Origin: a virus | Taxonomy: Duplodnaviria > Caudoviricetes | DNA length: 64,000 bases | IMG/VR virus record: IMGVR_UViG_3300032050_000002 | Direction: 5' to 3' (one strand) | Shown here: piece after piece, positions 38,968-47,975 of the stretch | How the letters are laid out: the number at the start of each line of letters is the position of its first letter | Numbering within the stretch: position 1 is the stretch's first letter | Translations under genes and position numbers: made by a program | The notes under the pieces: model-generated | Told to the model about the DNA's origin: nothing | Seen by the model: only the letters and a program-made list of their open reading frames with translations | Database searches by the model: none

Positions 38968-39182
38968 CAATGAGTAAGAGATACTCATTGGTCTTTGGTC
39001 AATAGATGGTTAAACAGGACTCGCTAAAATCTGGACAGCGAAAATGCCAGTTCGTAGGGCTCAAGGCGGCAATCACACCCTCTCCTACGTTGTGTGACTT
39101 TTTTAATAGGGGATGCCCTGTAGGTTTCATCAATAGGAAAAAACCGAAATAACTACTCACCGAATCTCAAGTGGGGAAATAT

Positions 39183-39308
39183 AGTCAGGTGGCGGAATTG
39201 GTAGACGCTAGAGCTGGAGTTAGGTCACACGCATTTGGGTTCGAGTCCCGTTAGTTGGGCCAGCTAGGAGAGCCGTAGACCGTGTGGGTTCAAATCCCAC
39301 CCTGACTA
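39183..39308 (+). ncRNA. tRNA-scaffold RNA 2
   Basis: Same acceptor stem; Leu-like GCGGAATTGGTAGACGC D-arm; GTGGG-TTCAAAT-CCCAC. Confidence 0.8.
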
Positions 39309-39415
39309 CTGAATCAGTTTGTCCGTGGGAACGACTTGAAAGAGTCACTGTAATCAAAATCCAATCACTGTCTCACTGGTGTATTGGGCTAAATGTGAGG
39401 AAAAAACGGTCATAT

Positions 39416-39514
39416 AGTCAGGTGGTGTATATGGTAACACCCTTCATTGTAAGGATAAACAAGGTTGATTGTTTATCTGGAAGGACGAAGTCGGTTCGAA
39501 CCCGACCCTGATTA
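39416..39514 (+). ncRNA. tRNA-scaffold RNA 3
   Basis: AGTCAGG/CCTGATT; GTGT/ACAC D-stem; CCTTC/GAAGG stem capped by a 9-bp hairpin; GTCGG-TTCGAAC-CCGAC. Confidence 0.8.
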
Positions 39515-39591
39515 CACTTGGTTTCGGTAGAGTTCCAGAAAGCATAGACTGAACAAAAAACAATCTACCTCGTTGACATAGAAGTGTCGTT

Positions 39592-39726
39592 AGTCAGATG
39601 GCGGAAACGGAAGACGCAACTGTGATGATTTTGCCGGAAGGTGTAACTCCTTTGTCTTAGGACATAAACAATAGCGGGGTTAATCAGTTCTCAATCATCG
39701 TGTGGGTTAGAATCCCACTCTGATTA
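39592..39726 (+). ncRNA. tRNA-scaffold RNA 4
   Basis: AGTCAGA/TCTGATT (compensatory 7:66 change); GTGGG-TTAGAAT-CCCAC. Confidence 0.78.
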
Positions 39727-39795
39727 CTGAAAATAAAACTCTGGGGTCAGGGTTTTGTTTCGCCGAAAGGTGTTGTTTTCAACGGTTCGAGTCCG

Positions 39796-39908
39796 AGTCA
39801 GGTGGCGGAATGTTAGACGCTTAAGGGTTGGATGGATGTTGCAACTGAAAAACAATGAATATAACCTTGAAAAAATCCATCGTGTGAGTTCAAGTCTCAC
39901 CCTGACTA
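39796..39908 (+). ncRNA. tRNA-scaffold RNA 5
   Basis: AGTCAGG/CCTGACT; GCGGAATGTTAGACGC; GTGAG-TTCAAGT-CTCAC. Confidence 0.8.
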
Positions 39909-39912
39909 CAAT

Positions 39913-39996
39913 ATGATAACAACAATATTAGTATACATTGGGTTTATCCTTTGGTTTTGGGCGGGATATAATGTGGGAAAAAATAACCGAAGATAA
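39913..39996 (+). CDS. 27-aa membrane peptide (not in ORF track)
   Basis: MITTILVYIGFILWFWAGYNVGKNNRR, translated by hand. Confidence 0.5.
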   Translation: MITTILVYIGFILWFWAGYNVGKNNRR

Positions 39997-40033
39997 ATTT
40001 GGTAAATTAAAAATAATTTCGTATCTTTGTATT

Positions 40034-40315
40034 ATGACAGAAAAGGAATTTGAAGCAATCGGAAATATTATGGATAACTTTGATTTTGACAAAGTTCACG
40101 AAGTTATGAGTTTACTTAAATGGGAATGGGTTGGCACCGAAAATGGTGTTCCAAGTAAGTCCGAGTTAAGAAGTGAAGCGAGAAGATTATTGAAGATGTC
40201 GATTAATGATAAAACAAGAGTTTCAACAGGTGGATTTGAAGTTGATTACATTAATGATGGAGATGGATTTGTTGAGTTAAAATTTGTTGTTTCACAATGG
40301 GATTCAGAAATTTAA
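40034..40315 (+). CDS. Hypothetical protein
   Basis: ATG 4 nt after TATCTTTG. Confidence 0.75.
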   Translation: MTEKEFEAIGNIMDNFDFDKVHEVMSLLKWEWVGTENGVPSKSELRSEARRLLKMSINDKTRVSTGGFEVDYINDGDGFVELKFVVSQWDSEI

Positions 40316-40327
40316 AAATTTAAAAAT

Positions 40328-40729
40328 ATGGAAGATAGAATACAAATAAACGGAGTTTGGTATGTTAAGGCGGACAGCTATGTTGATAAACCAATACCTA
40401 CTATATCAGTTAGTCTTTTTGATGAGGATGGGATTATATACAACCAAAATTGTATGTTTGAAACTGAGGACTTCATATTTAGAGCGGTTGTTCTTATTGA
40501 TGGGGATGGTGAATTAAAATATAAAAATAGTTTATATATTGAATTTATTGATAAGCGACCTGAACCTTGGAAAGAAGAACATTGGGATAATCCAACGTGG
40601 TTAAATGGTGTTATATTAAACAATACTGACTCAATCAAGGTGTTGGAAGAACTTAAAATGTCACCAAGCGCAATTGCAACTTTCAGAGACTTTTTGATTT
40701 ATTTAAGAGATGAAAAGGAATGGCTTTAA
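40328..40729 (+). CDS. Hypothetical protein
   Basis: ORF track. Confidence 0.7.
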   Translation: MEDRIQINGVWYVKADSYVDKPIPTISVSLFDEDGIIYNQNCMFETEDFIFRAVVLIDGDGELKYKNSLYIEFIDKRPEPWKEEHWDNPTWLNGVILNNTDSIKVLEELKMSPSAIATFRDFLIYLRDEKEWL

Positions 40730-40932
40730 AAGGAACACTACATAAAGATGATAATGATAAGTGGCATGTAATACATTTTCAAGCTACTTTAAACGGTCCT
40801 TTATTTCAATCACTACCAATAGTGAAAGATACATTCGATATCAACAATCCAAAACCAATAGTTGTATTGAAAGAAGGTAAGGAAGTAGAGTTTGAAGTTA
40901 TTGATGGAATGTATGCTAAATTAATAAAATAA
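40720..40932 (+). CDS. Hypothetical protein
   Basis: Coupled ORF. Confidence 0.65.
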   Translation: MALKGTLHKDDNDKWHVIHFQATLNGPLFQSLPIVKDTFDINNPKPIVVLKEGKEVEFEVIDGMYAKLIK

Positions 40933-40935
40933 AAT

Positions 40936-41256
40936 ATGAAATTAAAATTAAGTATTATCGCATTGGCGATTGTTGGTCTTACTTCCTGTGCAGACCCAGG
41001 AACAACTCAGTTACGATTAAATGGTAATGAATCAAATTTACCTGATGAATTGAAAGGGTTAAAAATATATTCAGTTGCAACTGATGGAGGTCACTATGTT
41101 AGAGTTGCTATATTAAATAATCAAGTTAATTCAACAACTTACACTGTAGGTAAACATACTCAATCATTAATACTTGTGAATAAACAAGATGGTAAACTAA
41201 TTGAGGTTGGTAGTGTTTTGATGGAAAATGATAGTTTAATTATTTGTAGAAAATAA
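40936..41256 (+). CDS. Lipoprotein
   Basis: MKLKLSIIALAIVGLTSC lipobox. Confidence 0.75.
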   Translation: MKLKLSIIALAIVGLTSCADPGTTQLRLNGNESNLPDELKGLKIYSVATDGGHYVRVAILNNQVNSTTYTVGKHTQSLILVNKQDGKLIEVGSVLMENDSLIICRK

Positions 41257-41259
41257 ATT

Positions 41260-41508
41260 ATGAAAACACGACAAGAGATAGAGCAGTTAGCTCAAGAAGA
41301 ATACAAGGATAATTTACACAATCCATTCTTTACTGCGGCACCAATGGGTTATATCAAGGGCTACATTCAATGCCAAGAAGATATGAAGAAAGAATTATAT
41401 GAGTTTGGTAAACTTGTATTAGATACATTTCATTCTGAGGGTAAAACTCATAGTGGTGAGGCAAGATTAGCGAGAATAAAGTATCACGAATGGTTTAATG
41501 AATTATGA
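41260..41508 (+). CDS. Hypothetical protein
   Basis: ORF track. Confidence 0.7.
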   Translation: MKTRQEIEQLAQEEYKDNLHNPFFTAAPMGYIKGYIQCQEDMKKELYEFGKLVLDTFHSEGKTHSGEARLARIKYHEWFNEL

Positions 41509-41681
41509 AACATTATTTAAGATACACTTTAAAAATACTTTTTGGGTTTATGATTATCATATCATTAGATGTTATGTTGAAAAAAGTAGACCCATCTGTC
41601 GGAGACTCGTGGCTTTTCATAACACTTGTTTTATACACAGGATATTGTTATATTGATTATAGAATAGAAGATAAAGATTAA
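41505..41681 (+). CDS. 58-aa membrane protein (not in ORF track)
   Basis: ATGA overlap with upstream stop; two hydrophobic segments. Confidence 0.55.
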   Translation: MKHYLRYTLKILFGFMIIISLDVMLKKVDPSVGDSWLFITLVLYTGYCYIDYRIEDKD

Positions 41682-41682
41682 A

Positions 41683-42051
41683 ATGAAAGCGCAAGAATTA
41701 AGAATAGGGAATTTAGTAGATTTAGGTAATAGAATTGCCAAGGTTATTGATATAGGCCATCTATCTTGCACGGTAGTTGATTTGGAAGAAACTCAAGATA
41801 CCTTAGAGGATTATGAAAGAACCAAAGGTATTCCACTAACAGATGAATGGTTGGAGAAGTTTGGGTTTGATATAAAAGATAAGGACAGATTGGATTGGGT
41901 TAAAGGAGCGTTTAACTTAGAAAGGTCTAATGAAGATAATAATAAATTCTGTTTTGAGGTTTACTCTCATTACATTCCTTTAGATTATGTTCACCAATTA
42001 CAAAACTTATACTTTGCCTTAACAAGGGAAGAATTAACAATTAAATTATGA
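41683..42051 (+). CDS. Hypothetical phage protein
   Basis: ELRIGN...IPLTDEWLEKFGF...VHQLQNLYFALT. Confidence 0.75.
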   Translation: MKAQELRIGNLVDLGNRIAKVIDIGHLSCTVVDLEETQDTLEDYERTKGIPLTDEWLEKFGFDIKDKDRLDWVKGAFNLERSNEDNNKFCFEVYSHYIPLDYVHQLQNLYFALTREELTIKL

Positions 42052-42275
42052 ATAAAGAGTATAAAATAACAAGAGAACAATTTGAGGAGATTACATACTA
42101 CAAAACTATGTTTGAGTCTCATGCCGATACAATAAAATGGCTCTGTGAAAAGGAAAAAGATGATGTGGTATATGGATTTCAATTAGGACAAACATATTCT
42201 CATATGAGACAATGTTTTATTGGCATGTTGGAATTAGAAACAAAGATTAGAGAACAAAACAGAAATGATGAGTAA
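42048..42275 (+). CDS. Hypothetical protein
   Basis: Coupled ORF. Confidence 0.7.
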   Translation: MNKEYKITREQFEEITYYKTMFESHADTIKWLCEKEKDDVVYGFQLGQTYSHMRQCFIGMLELETKIREQNRNDE

Positions 42276-42579
42276 ACGAACTAAAATAAATTTCAATACT
42301 ATTAATGGTGATAATTGGAAAAAACTTGATGTTGGTGACTTTGGTGCTCGTATCAAAGAACAAGAAAGATTAGAGTTTGAGAAGAAAAAGAAAAAAGAGG
42401 AAGAAGAAAAAGAACGTATTAATAATATACCTTGTCCTGCTTGCACATCAACAAACAAACATCACCATAAAAAATATGAAAATAATGGTATCATTGGGAC
42501 TGGTTATTCTTCTTGGTTAATTGAAGAATATCTAGTATGTTTGCAGTGTGGAATACATTTTAGTGATATTAAAAAATGA
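42265..42579 (+). CDS. Zinc-ribbon protein
   Basis: CPAC...CLQCG. Confidence 0.7.
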   Translation: MMSKRTKINFNTINGDNWKKLDVGDFGARIKEQERLEFEKKKKKEEEEKERINNIPCPACTSTNKHHHKKYENNGIIGTGYSSWLIEEYLVCLQCGIHFSDIKK

Positions 42580-42893
42580 AAAACAATATGACAATAGAAA
42601 CATTAAAACAATTAATTGAAATTGAGTTTGAAAGAACTGGAACCATATCTCAATTCAAACACGAAGTATTCAGGTTATTAGACCTATACGAATCTGATAA
42701 GAAACCTATATCACTTCCAAATGTAAATTATTCACCGACTCTAACTTTAGAGGGTAACGGAATGGTGCCTTATTCTGAACTTTGTGGTTGTAATCCCAAA
42801 AATGGTGGTAGTGGTATTTGTGGATGTGTAATCGGAAACAAGATGGTACCAAATGTAAAAACCAAACAATATAATACACCTGGAACTTGGTAA
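42576..42893 (+). CDS. Hypothetical Cys-motif protein
   Basis: CGCNPKNGGSGICGC. Confidence 0.7.
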   Translation: MKNNMTIETLKQLIEIEFERTGTISQFKHEVFRLLDLYESDKKPISLPNVNYSPTLTLEGNGMVPYSELCGCNPKNGGSGICGCVIGNKMVPNVKTKQYNTPGTW

Positions 42894-42917
42894 TTAAATT
42901 TAAAAAATAAAAATAAT

Positions 42918-43490
42918 ATGGGACTAATAGAACACGCAAAAATGGAATTAGAAATAGCAGGACTTTTTGATGAAGATTCTGACTATGCTGGAATGGTGGC
43001 AAAGGATGTGATGGAATTGGTAGAGGTATTTGCAAAACAAGGTCATTCAGGAATGTCAGCACCTTATGTAGCAAAACTATTTAATAAATTAGCCAACTAT
43101 GAACCACTACAACCAATTACCGGTAAAGATGAAGAGTGGGGTGATGTAAGAGATTTGGGAGGTGATAAATCTTGGTATCAAAACAAAAGATGTTCAGCTC
43201 TCTTTAAAGATGGTAAAGATGGTCAAGCGTATTACATTGATGCGGTTATTAAACGAGACCAAAATGGAACTTGTTGGAGTGGTATGGCTTGGTTATCTGA
43301 AGAAGATTATAAAACAGGTGATAGAAGTAAGATGGTTGGTAAGAAAGGTTATGTAAAATCATTTCCATTCACACCTAAAACATTCTACATTGATGTTAAG
43401 GATGTTGAAGTTGCAAAAGATGATTGGGAATCGTTTGTTGTTGACCCTTCTCAATTGGATGAAGTTAGTGAGTATTATGATTTAAAATAA
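42918..43490 (+). CDS. Hypothetical phage protein
   Basis: ELVEVFAKQGHSG.SA...PLQPITG..EEW...QNKRCS. Confidence 0.8.
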   Translation: MGLIEHAKMELEIAGLFDEDSDYAGMVAKDVMELVEVFAKQGHSGMSAPYVAKLFNKLANYEPLQPITGKDEEWGDVRDLGGDKSWYQNKRCSALFKDGKDGQAYYIDAVIKRDQNGTCWSGMAWLSEEDYKTGDRSKMVGKKGYVKSFPFTPKTFYIDVKDVEVAKDDWESFVVDPSQLDEVSEYYDLK

Positions 43491-43494
43491 GAAG

Positions 43495-43527
43495 AATCCC
43501 AATCAGTATAATGATTGGGGTTTTTTT
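43495..43527 (+). terminator. Intrinsic terminator
   Basis: CCCAATCA...TGATTGGG plus T-run. Confidence 0.7.
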
Positions 43528-43561
43528 GTTTATGGTGATATTTATATTAAAAAATATAATA

Positions 43562-44344
43562 ATGAAAAATTTATTATTAATATCAGAAGAAGAACGAAAA
43601 AATATTTTGAATTTTTATTATATAAAAGAACAGAGGTCTGATTTTGCTATGGATAGACAAGGTAACGCATTAGCTAATACAATTGGTGTTAGAAGTGACT
43701 CGGATTACAAAAAAGTTAATAGAATAATAAAAACCGCAGAAGATGAAGCAAAATATGTAGTGAAAGACCCACACACTCTATTGTTAATTACTCAAATAGC
43801 AACCGCCTTTATCCCTGTTGTGGGAGTTTTTATTAGTGCGGGTATTGGATTTGCAGACGCTGCGTTATATTACAATGAAGGAGACAAAAAAACCGCCGGA
43901 ATGACCGCAATGTTTTCGGTCTTACCTTTATTGGGAACCGTGGTTTCAAAAATACCTGCGATTAATAAATTAGGTCAAAAAGGTATGAAAGCGTTATCTA
44001 CAAAATTGGCTAAAAAAGGTTCGAATGCAAAATTAACTGCGAACGAATTAGAAGTTGTTAATGGAATATCAAAAGAAAACTCATTAATAACTCAAGAACT
44101 AAATCAATATAGTAAAAATATCACAAATAACGCCAGTAATAAAGTCACAAATAATAAAACAAAAAAAGTTTTAAAAAACATCGCTAAAAGTGGTTTAAAA
44201 TTTGCGGGGATAACCGGTGCTTATATGGGTGCGGGTTTGACTTATAGTGCGGCGTATGATAAATATAATAATACATCAACAATTGATTTAAATACTCCTC
44301 CACCTGAAAGTGCTAAAAAGGTTGCCGCAGGAATACAATGGTAA
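43562..44344 (+). CDS. Leader-bearing protein with pre-toxin-TG-like hydrophobic hairpin
   Basis: MKNLLLISEEERKNIL; IATAFIPVVG...DAALYYNEGDKKTAG...LPLLG. Confidence 0.5.
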   Translation: MKNLLLISEEERKNILNFYYIKEQRSDFAMDRQGNALANTIGVRSDSDYKKVNRIIKTAEDEAKYVVKDPHTLLLITQIATAFIPVVGVFISAGIGFADAALYYNEGDKKTAGMTAMFSVLPLLGTVVSKIPAINKLGQKGMKALSTKLAKKGSNAKLTANELEVVNGISKENSLITQELNQYSKNITNNASNKVTNNKTKKVLKNIAKSGLKFAGITGAYMGAGLTYSAAYDKYNNTSTIDLNTPPPESAKKVAAGIQW

Positions 44345-44366
44345 ATAAAATAAAATAAAATAAAAA

Positions 44367-45098
44367 ATGAAAAAATTTATAATTACTGAAGAAGAAAAAA
44401 ATAACATTCTTAAAATGTATAATGTTAATTTATTAAATGAGGACATATTTAGTTCGTTTATTGGTGCATTGTCTAAATTCGCAAGAAAAGCCATCACTCA
44501 ATCTGAAGATGATTTAATAAGAGCGTTTAGAACAAGTGAAGTTGCGTTATCTAAAAATATTGATGATATTGTTAATTTATCAATAAAAAGCGGTAAAATT
44601 GATGATATACAAACTTTAGAAGCAAAATTAATACATGCTTTCGACCCAAGCGGAACCAATCCCCAAATGGCGCAAGAACAAACTAAAAAATTTCTTAATA
44701 GTTATGCTAAAAGTAAGGGTAATACTGGGTGGAAAGATATTAGGTCTAAGGCACAACCTAGTCAGTCAGGAAGTGCCGCTCAATCAAATACGGCCGGAGC
44801 TTCAACAAGTGCGGTACGTAATATGTTTTCAGGAAATAGGATTTCAAATCGGTCATTTGGTGCCGATACCGAATGGTCTAAATATATTGAGTGGGATAAA
44901 ATTTTAAACGCTAAAAACATGGACGATTATAATAAGTTAATTGCTAAAGCAATTAAAACTGGTGATTATAGTCGTATATCTTCAAAAGGATTTGAAAGAT
45001 TTGGAATTGTTAATTTTAGAGATTTTCTTAAAAACAATATTACTAAAGTAAATGAAGTTATCCCTGAAACTGGAAGATGGAGCGTTGTATTTAAATAA
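44367..45098 (+). CDS. ITE-leader hypothetical protein
   Basis: MKKFIITEEEKNNILKMY..LLNE. Confidence 0.75.
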   Translation: MKKFIITEEEKNNILKMYNVNLLNEDIFSSFIGALSKFARKAITQSEDDLIRAFRTSEVALSKNIDDIVNLSIKSGKIDDIQTLEAKLIHAFDPSGTNPQMAQEQTKKFLNSYAKSKGNTGWKDIRSKAQPSQSGSAAQSNTAGASTSAVRNMFSGNRISNRSFGADTEWSKYIEWDKILNAKNMDDYNKLIAKAIKTGDYSRISSKGFERFGIVNFRDFLKNNITKVNEVIPETGRWSVVFK

Positions 45099-45108
45099 GT
45101 TTTAATAT

Positions 45109-45483
45109 ATGAAAATATTAATAACTGAAAATAAACTTGAAAAAGTAGTTCAAAATGAGATTAACTATCAATTGGATTATTTAAAAAAACTTAAAGAAGA
45201 AAATGAAGACAACATTCCTGACAACATTAGTGATGGTACTTGGGAAGATATCCATGTCGTTGAGAAAATTAAAGTCGAAGATAGTAGGGTCAGTGAGTTT
45301 AAAATCACTCCTGAAAAAGTTTACATTTTTACCTTGGGTTTTGTTTATGATAGCGTTACTGGTATTGCGGTTGATGATATTCTCTATGATATACAAGGTC
45401 TATGTAGAGAATCATTAGGACTAAACATACATTTTAATTTAGGTGAAGTAATAAACAGATATAACGAATATGGTCAGTGGTAA
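45109..45483 (+). CDS. ITE-leader hypothetical protein
   Basis: MKILITENKL. Confidence 0.75.
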   Translation: MKILITENKLEKVVQNEINYQLDYLKKLKEENEDNIPDNISDGTWEDIHVVEKIKVEDSRVSEFKITPEKVYIFTLGFVYDSVTGIAVDDILYDIQGLCRESLGLNIHFNLGEVINRYNEYGQW

Positions 45484-45932
45484 TGAATATATTTAAAAAG
45501 TTTTTACTTATATTATTTTTCTTTATCACAACATCTTTCGGTCAAGGAAATGAAACCGAGACTTACGTTAGTTGGAAACAATCAAACTCAGGATATTGGT
45601 CTCCAAACAGAGGATTTAATGTCTACAATGATTTTGATTTTATGATAACAAGAACTGTTTATCCTGATAACTATGGTTACTATACGTTTTATTTTTGGTT
45701 ATATTCGCAAAGTTATTATTGGGATGGTTATAGAGCTTCTTATACATCTACAAATATAAGAAATGTTACGGTTCATATTAGTGAAGGTGGAGGATTAAAA
45801 TTAGTTGCTTATGATTATTCACCTTTAGGGATAACTTTCTATGGTCAGTATTGTCCAAGTAATTTAATATTTAGAAGTAAATTAAAATCACCACTATATT
45901 ATATAAGATGGGGTAATATGTCAGCATTATGA
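45483..45932 (+). CDS. Exported protein with signal peptide
   Basis: MNIFKKFLLILFFFITTSFGQ. Confidence 0.7.
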   Translation: MNIFKKFLLILFFFITTSFGQGNETETYVSWKQSNSGYWSPNRGFNVYNDFDFMITRTVYPDNYGYYTFYFWLYSQSYYWDGYRASYTSTNIRNVTVHISEGGGLKLVAYDYSPLGITFYGQYCPSNLIFRSKLKSPLYYIRWGNMSAL

Positions 45933-46315
45933 GCGAACTAGAAAACAATATAATGGAAAAAAGATTCTCATTTTCAATCAAAGATATGAAGTGGGTTATA
46001 TCTACATTAGTCATCGCAATAGGTTGGGTTATAACAATTGTATTTTGGGTTCAAGATAAGAACAAACAAAAAAATAGAATAGAAACTTTAGAGACAAAAA
46101 ATGTTACATTAGAGAGACAAGTTGCAACACTCCAAGGACAGATTGAGGGTGTTAATCAAGCGACAAAAGTATTTATGGAATATCCACCATCTGAGAGTAG
46201 ATTTAGAATAGAATTATTGGAAAAAAGAGTGGATAAGATTGAAAATATAAGTGGTGTACAGGTAGATAAAGCTATTGAAAGTACGTCAGCACCAATTAAA
46301 AGAAATATAAGATGA
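45929..46315 (+). CDS. Single-pass membrane coiled-coil protein
   Basis: TM segment WVISTLVIAIGWVITIVFWV followed by heptad repeats. Confidence 0.65.
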   Translation: MSELENNIMEKRFSFSIKDMKWVISTLVIAIGWVITIVFWVQDKNKQKNRIETLETKNVTLERQVATLQGQIEGVNQATKVFMEYPPSESRFRIELLEKRVDKIENISGVQVDKAIESTSAPIKRNIR

Positions 46316-46713
46316 GCGAATCAATTTACGATAAAAAACAGATATTTCAAAACTTAGTAAAATCAACAGAAAAATTAAAAGACCTTTTTAATTTAGTTGA
46401 TAAATATTACGAAATATATGAAATTGTTATAGACGATAAAGATATTAGCCCCAATTATGGTTTGGATATGGTTCTTTATCGAGTAATTATAAAAATAGAA
46501 ATGGATAATCCTAGTATTGAAGAATTATCAGGTGAACTTAAAAAACTTGAAAAAGTATTTGAATCTTCTTTTGGAAAAGTTTCATTTGATAAATTTGGAT
46601 TGATAAAAAAACCTACATCAGAAAACGTTACTTACGCCGGTAGTTTAGTTAATAGTCTTATAATGCAAAACGATATTATGACTTTAGATGTGCATTGCCA
46701 TTTTATGAGTTAA
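46312..46713 (+). CDS. Hypothetical protein
   Basis: Coupled ORF. Confidence 0.7.
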   Translation: MSESIYDKKQIFQNLVKSTEKLKDLFNLVDKYYEIYEIVIDDKDISPNYGLDMVLYRVIIKIEMDNPSIEELSGELKKLEKVFESSFGKVSFDKFGLIKKPTSENVTYAGSLVNSLIMQNDIMTLDVHCHFMS

Positions 46714-47786
46714 TACTGAATTCTTTTCATATAAGTTCCATCATCATAACATTCAATAACAAATCCCTTATAATTTTCATCAACTTCTTTACCTTCTAAA
46801 GAAATTAGTTTTACAATCTTTCTATTAATATCATTTCTAATTCCAATGATATCGGAATATTCAAAGTTACCATCGTAGTCAATTTGTTTTAATCTGTAAT
46901 AATTAATTGAGTTATTTATAAATTCATAATCATTGTACTGATATAATTGTTCTTGTAAAGTCGTACCATTACCAAATACAATACCGATACTAGACCAATT
47001 AATCGCGTCTAAACTCCTTCCAACTTCAAAGTGACTATTGTTTGTTTCACTAAATGTTTTCCAATTTAAATTATTATATTTACCATCATTTGTTCCATTA
47101 AAATTTACAAGTTGAACTGGTAGTGGGGCGCAAGGAGCAATTTCATATAGTTCCATATTATCTAACCACCATTCTTCTCCAGCGGCATTTACCCTACAAA
47201 GAATATCTATAGCGATTTGAGATATACCTGTTAAAGTTAAAGTAATATCCGAATAACCATCTCCTGTTGTTGTTCTATTTCCTCCACCCGCAGGAGTATA
47301 CGTTGTTAAAGCACCATTTGCGGTTTTATTAATAACTCCTAAAGTATTATAATTCCAAGTTGCATTATTATTTCCCGTTATTCTAATTTCCGATGTATAA
47401 GATATTTCACCATTTGTTGATACTTGAACCTCAACTAAATCAGGAGAATCAACCCCTCTTGTTGTTGCGGTTGAATTTGAAAATACATAAGAACCTAATC
47501 TAAATTTAAATTGATATGTATATGAAGGGTTTAATCCTGTTATATTAGGAAGAACATACCAATCTTGTTCTATTGCCGAACTTCCAGCTCCATTACCATA
47601 AATAACAGCACTTGTTGTAGGTGAGACTGAAGCATCAATAAAGTAAGAACTATTTAAAGTATTACCAAACCAAAGTCCAACCCAATCATAAGTTTCAATA
47701 TAATCATACGCAACTAAAGTGGTACAAGTCTGTGACCTAACAAACGAAGATAGTGTAATAAATAGTATGATGATATATTTCCTCAT
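46710..47786 (-). CDS. Bacteroidota T9SS-cargo-like secreted protein
   Basis: Signal peptide; PLPVQLVNF..LNWKT.SETNNSHFEV.RS...YYRLKQIDYDG.FEYS; CTD-like tail. Confidence 0.7.
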   Translation of the reverse strand: MRKYIIILFITLSSFVRSQTCTTLVAYDYIETYDWVGLWFGNTLNSSYFIDASVSPTTSAVIYGNGAGSSAIEQDWYVLPNITGLNPSYTYQFKFRLGSYVFSNSTATTRGVDSPDLVEVQVSTNGEISYTSEIRITGNNNATWNYNTLGVINKTANGALTTYTPAGGGNRTTTGDGYSDITLTLTGISQIAIDILCRVNAAGEEWWLDNMELYEIAPCAPLPVQLVNFNGTNDGKYNNLNWKTFSETNNSHFEVGRSLDAINWSSIGIVFGNGTTLQEQLYQYNDYEFINNSINYYRLKQIDYDGNFEYSDIIGIRNDINRKIVKLISLEGKEVDENYKGFVIECYDDGTYMKRIQY

Positions 47787-47816
47787 ACCCATAAATACGA
47801 TAAAACTAATATATAG

Positions 47817-47975
47817 TTACCACTTTAAGAAAAAAATATCTCTAATGTAATATATTGTTACAACCGCCCAAGCCATAACCTCAGACCAATCCTGTTCGGC
47901 ACAGGAAGATAAGATACATAATAAAGAGAATACTAATCCGAAAATATTTAATAATTTAATTGTTAAATTATTCAT
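47817..47975 (-). CDS. 52-aa membrane protein (not in ORF track)
   Basis: Translated by hand; overlap-coupled to 47972. Confidence 0.55.
   Translation of the reverse strand: MNNLTIKLLNIFGLVFSLLCILSSCAEQDWSEVMAWAVVTIYYIRDIFFLKW

Noticed and set aside
39053-39098. HDV-like/theta ribozyme
   Set aside because: Only 5 nt lie between the second and third arms, leaving no room for P3/P1.1. No hammerhead, twister or pistol core was recognised.
38841-39908. Calling the five units ordinary tRNA genes or a tmRNA
   Set aside because: None has a 7-nt anticodon loop. There is no G3:U70 pair, no tag reading frame, and they are far shorter than tmRNA.
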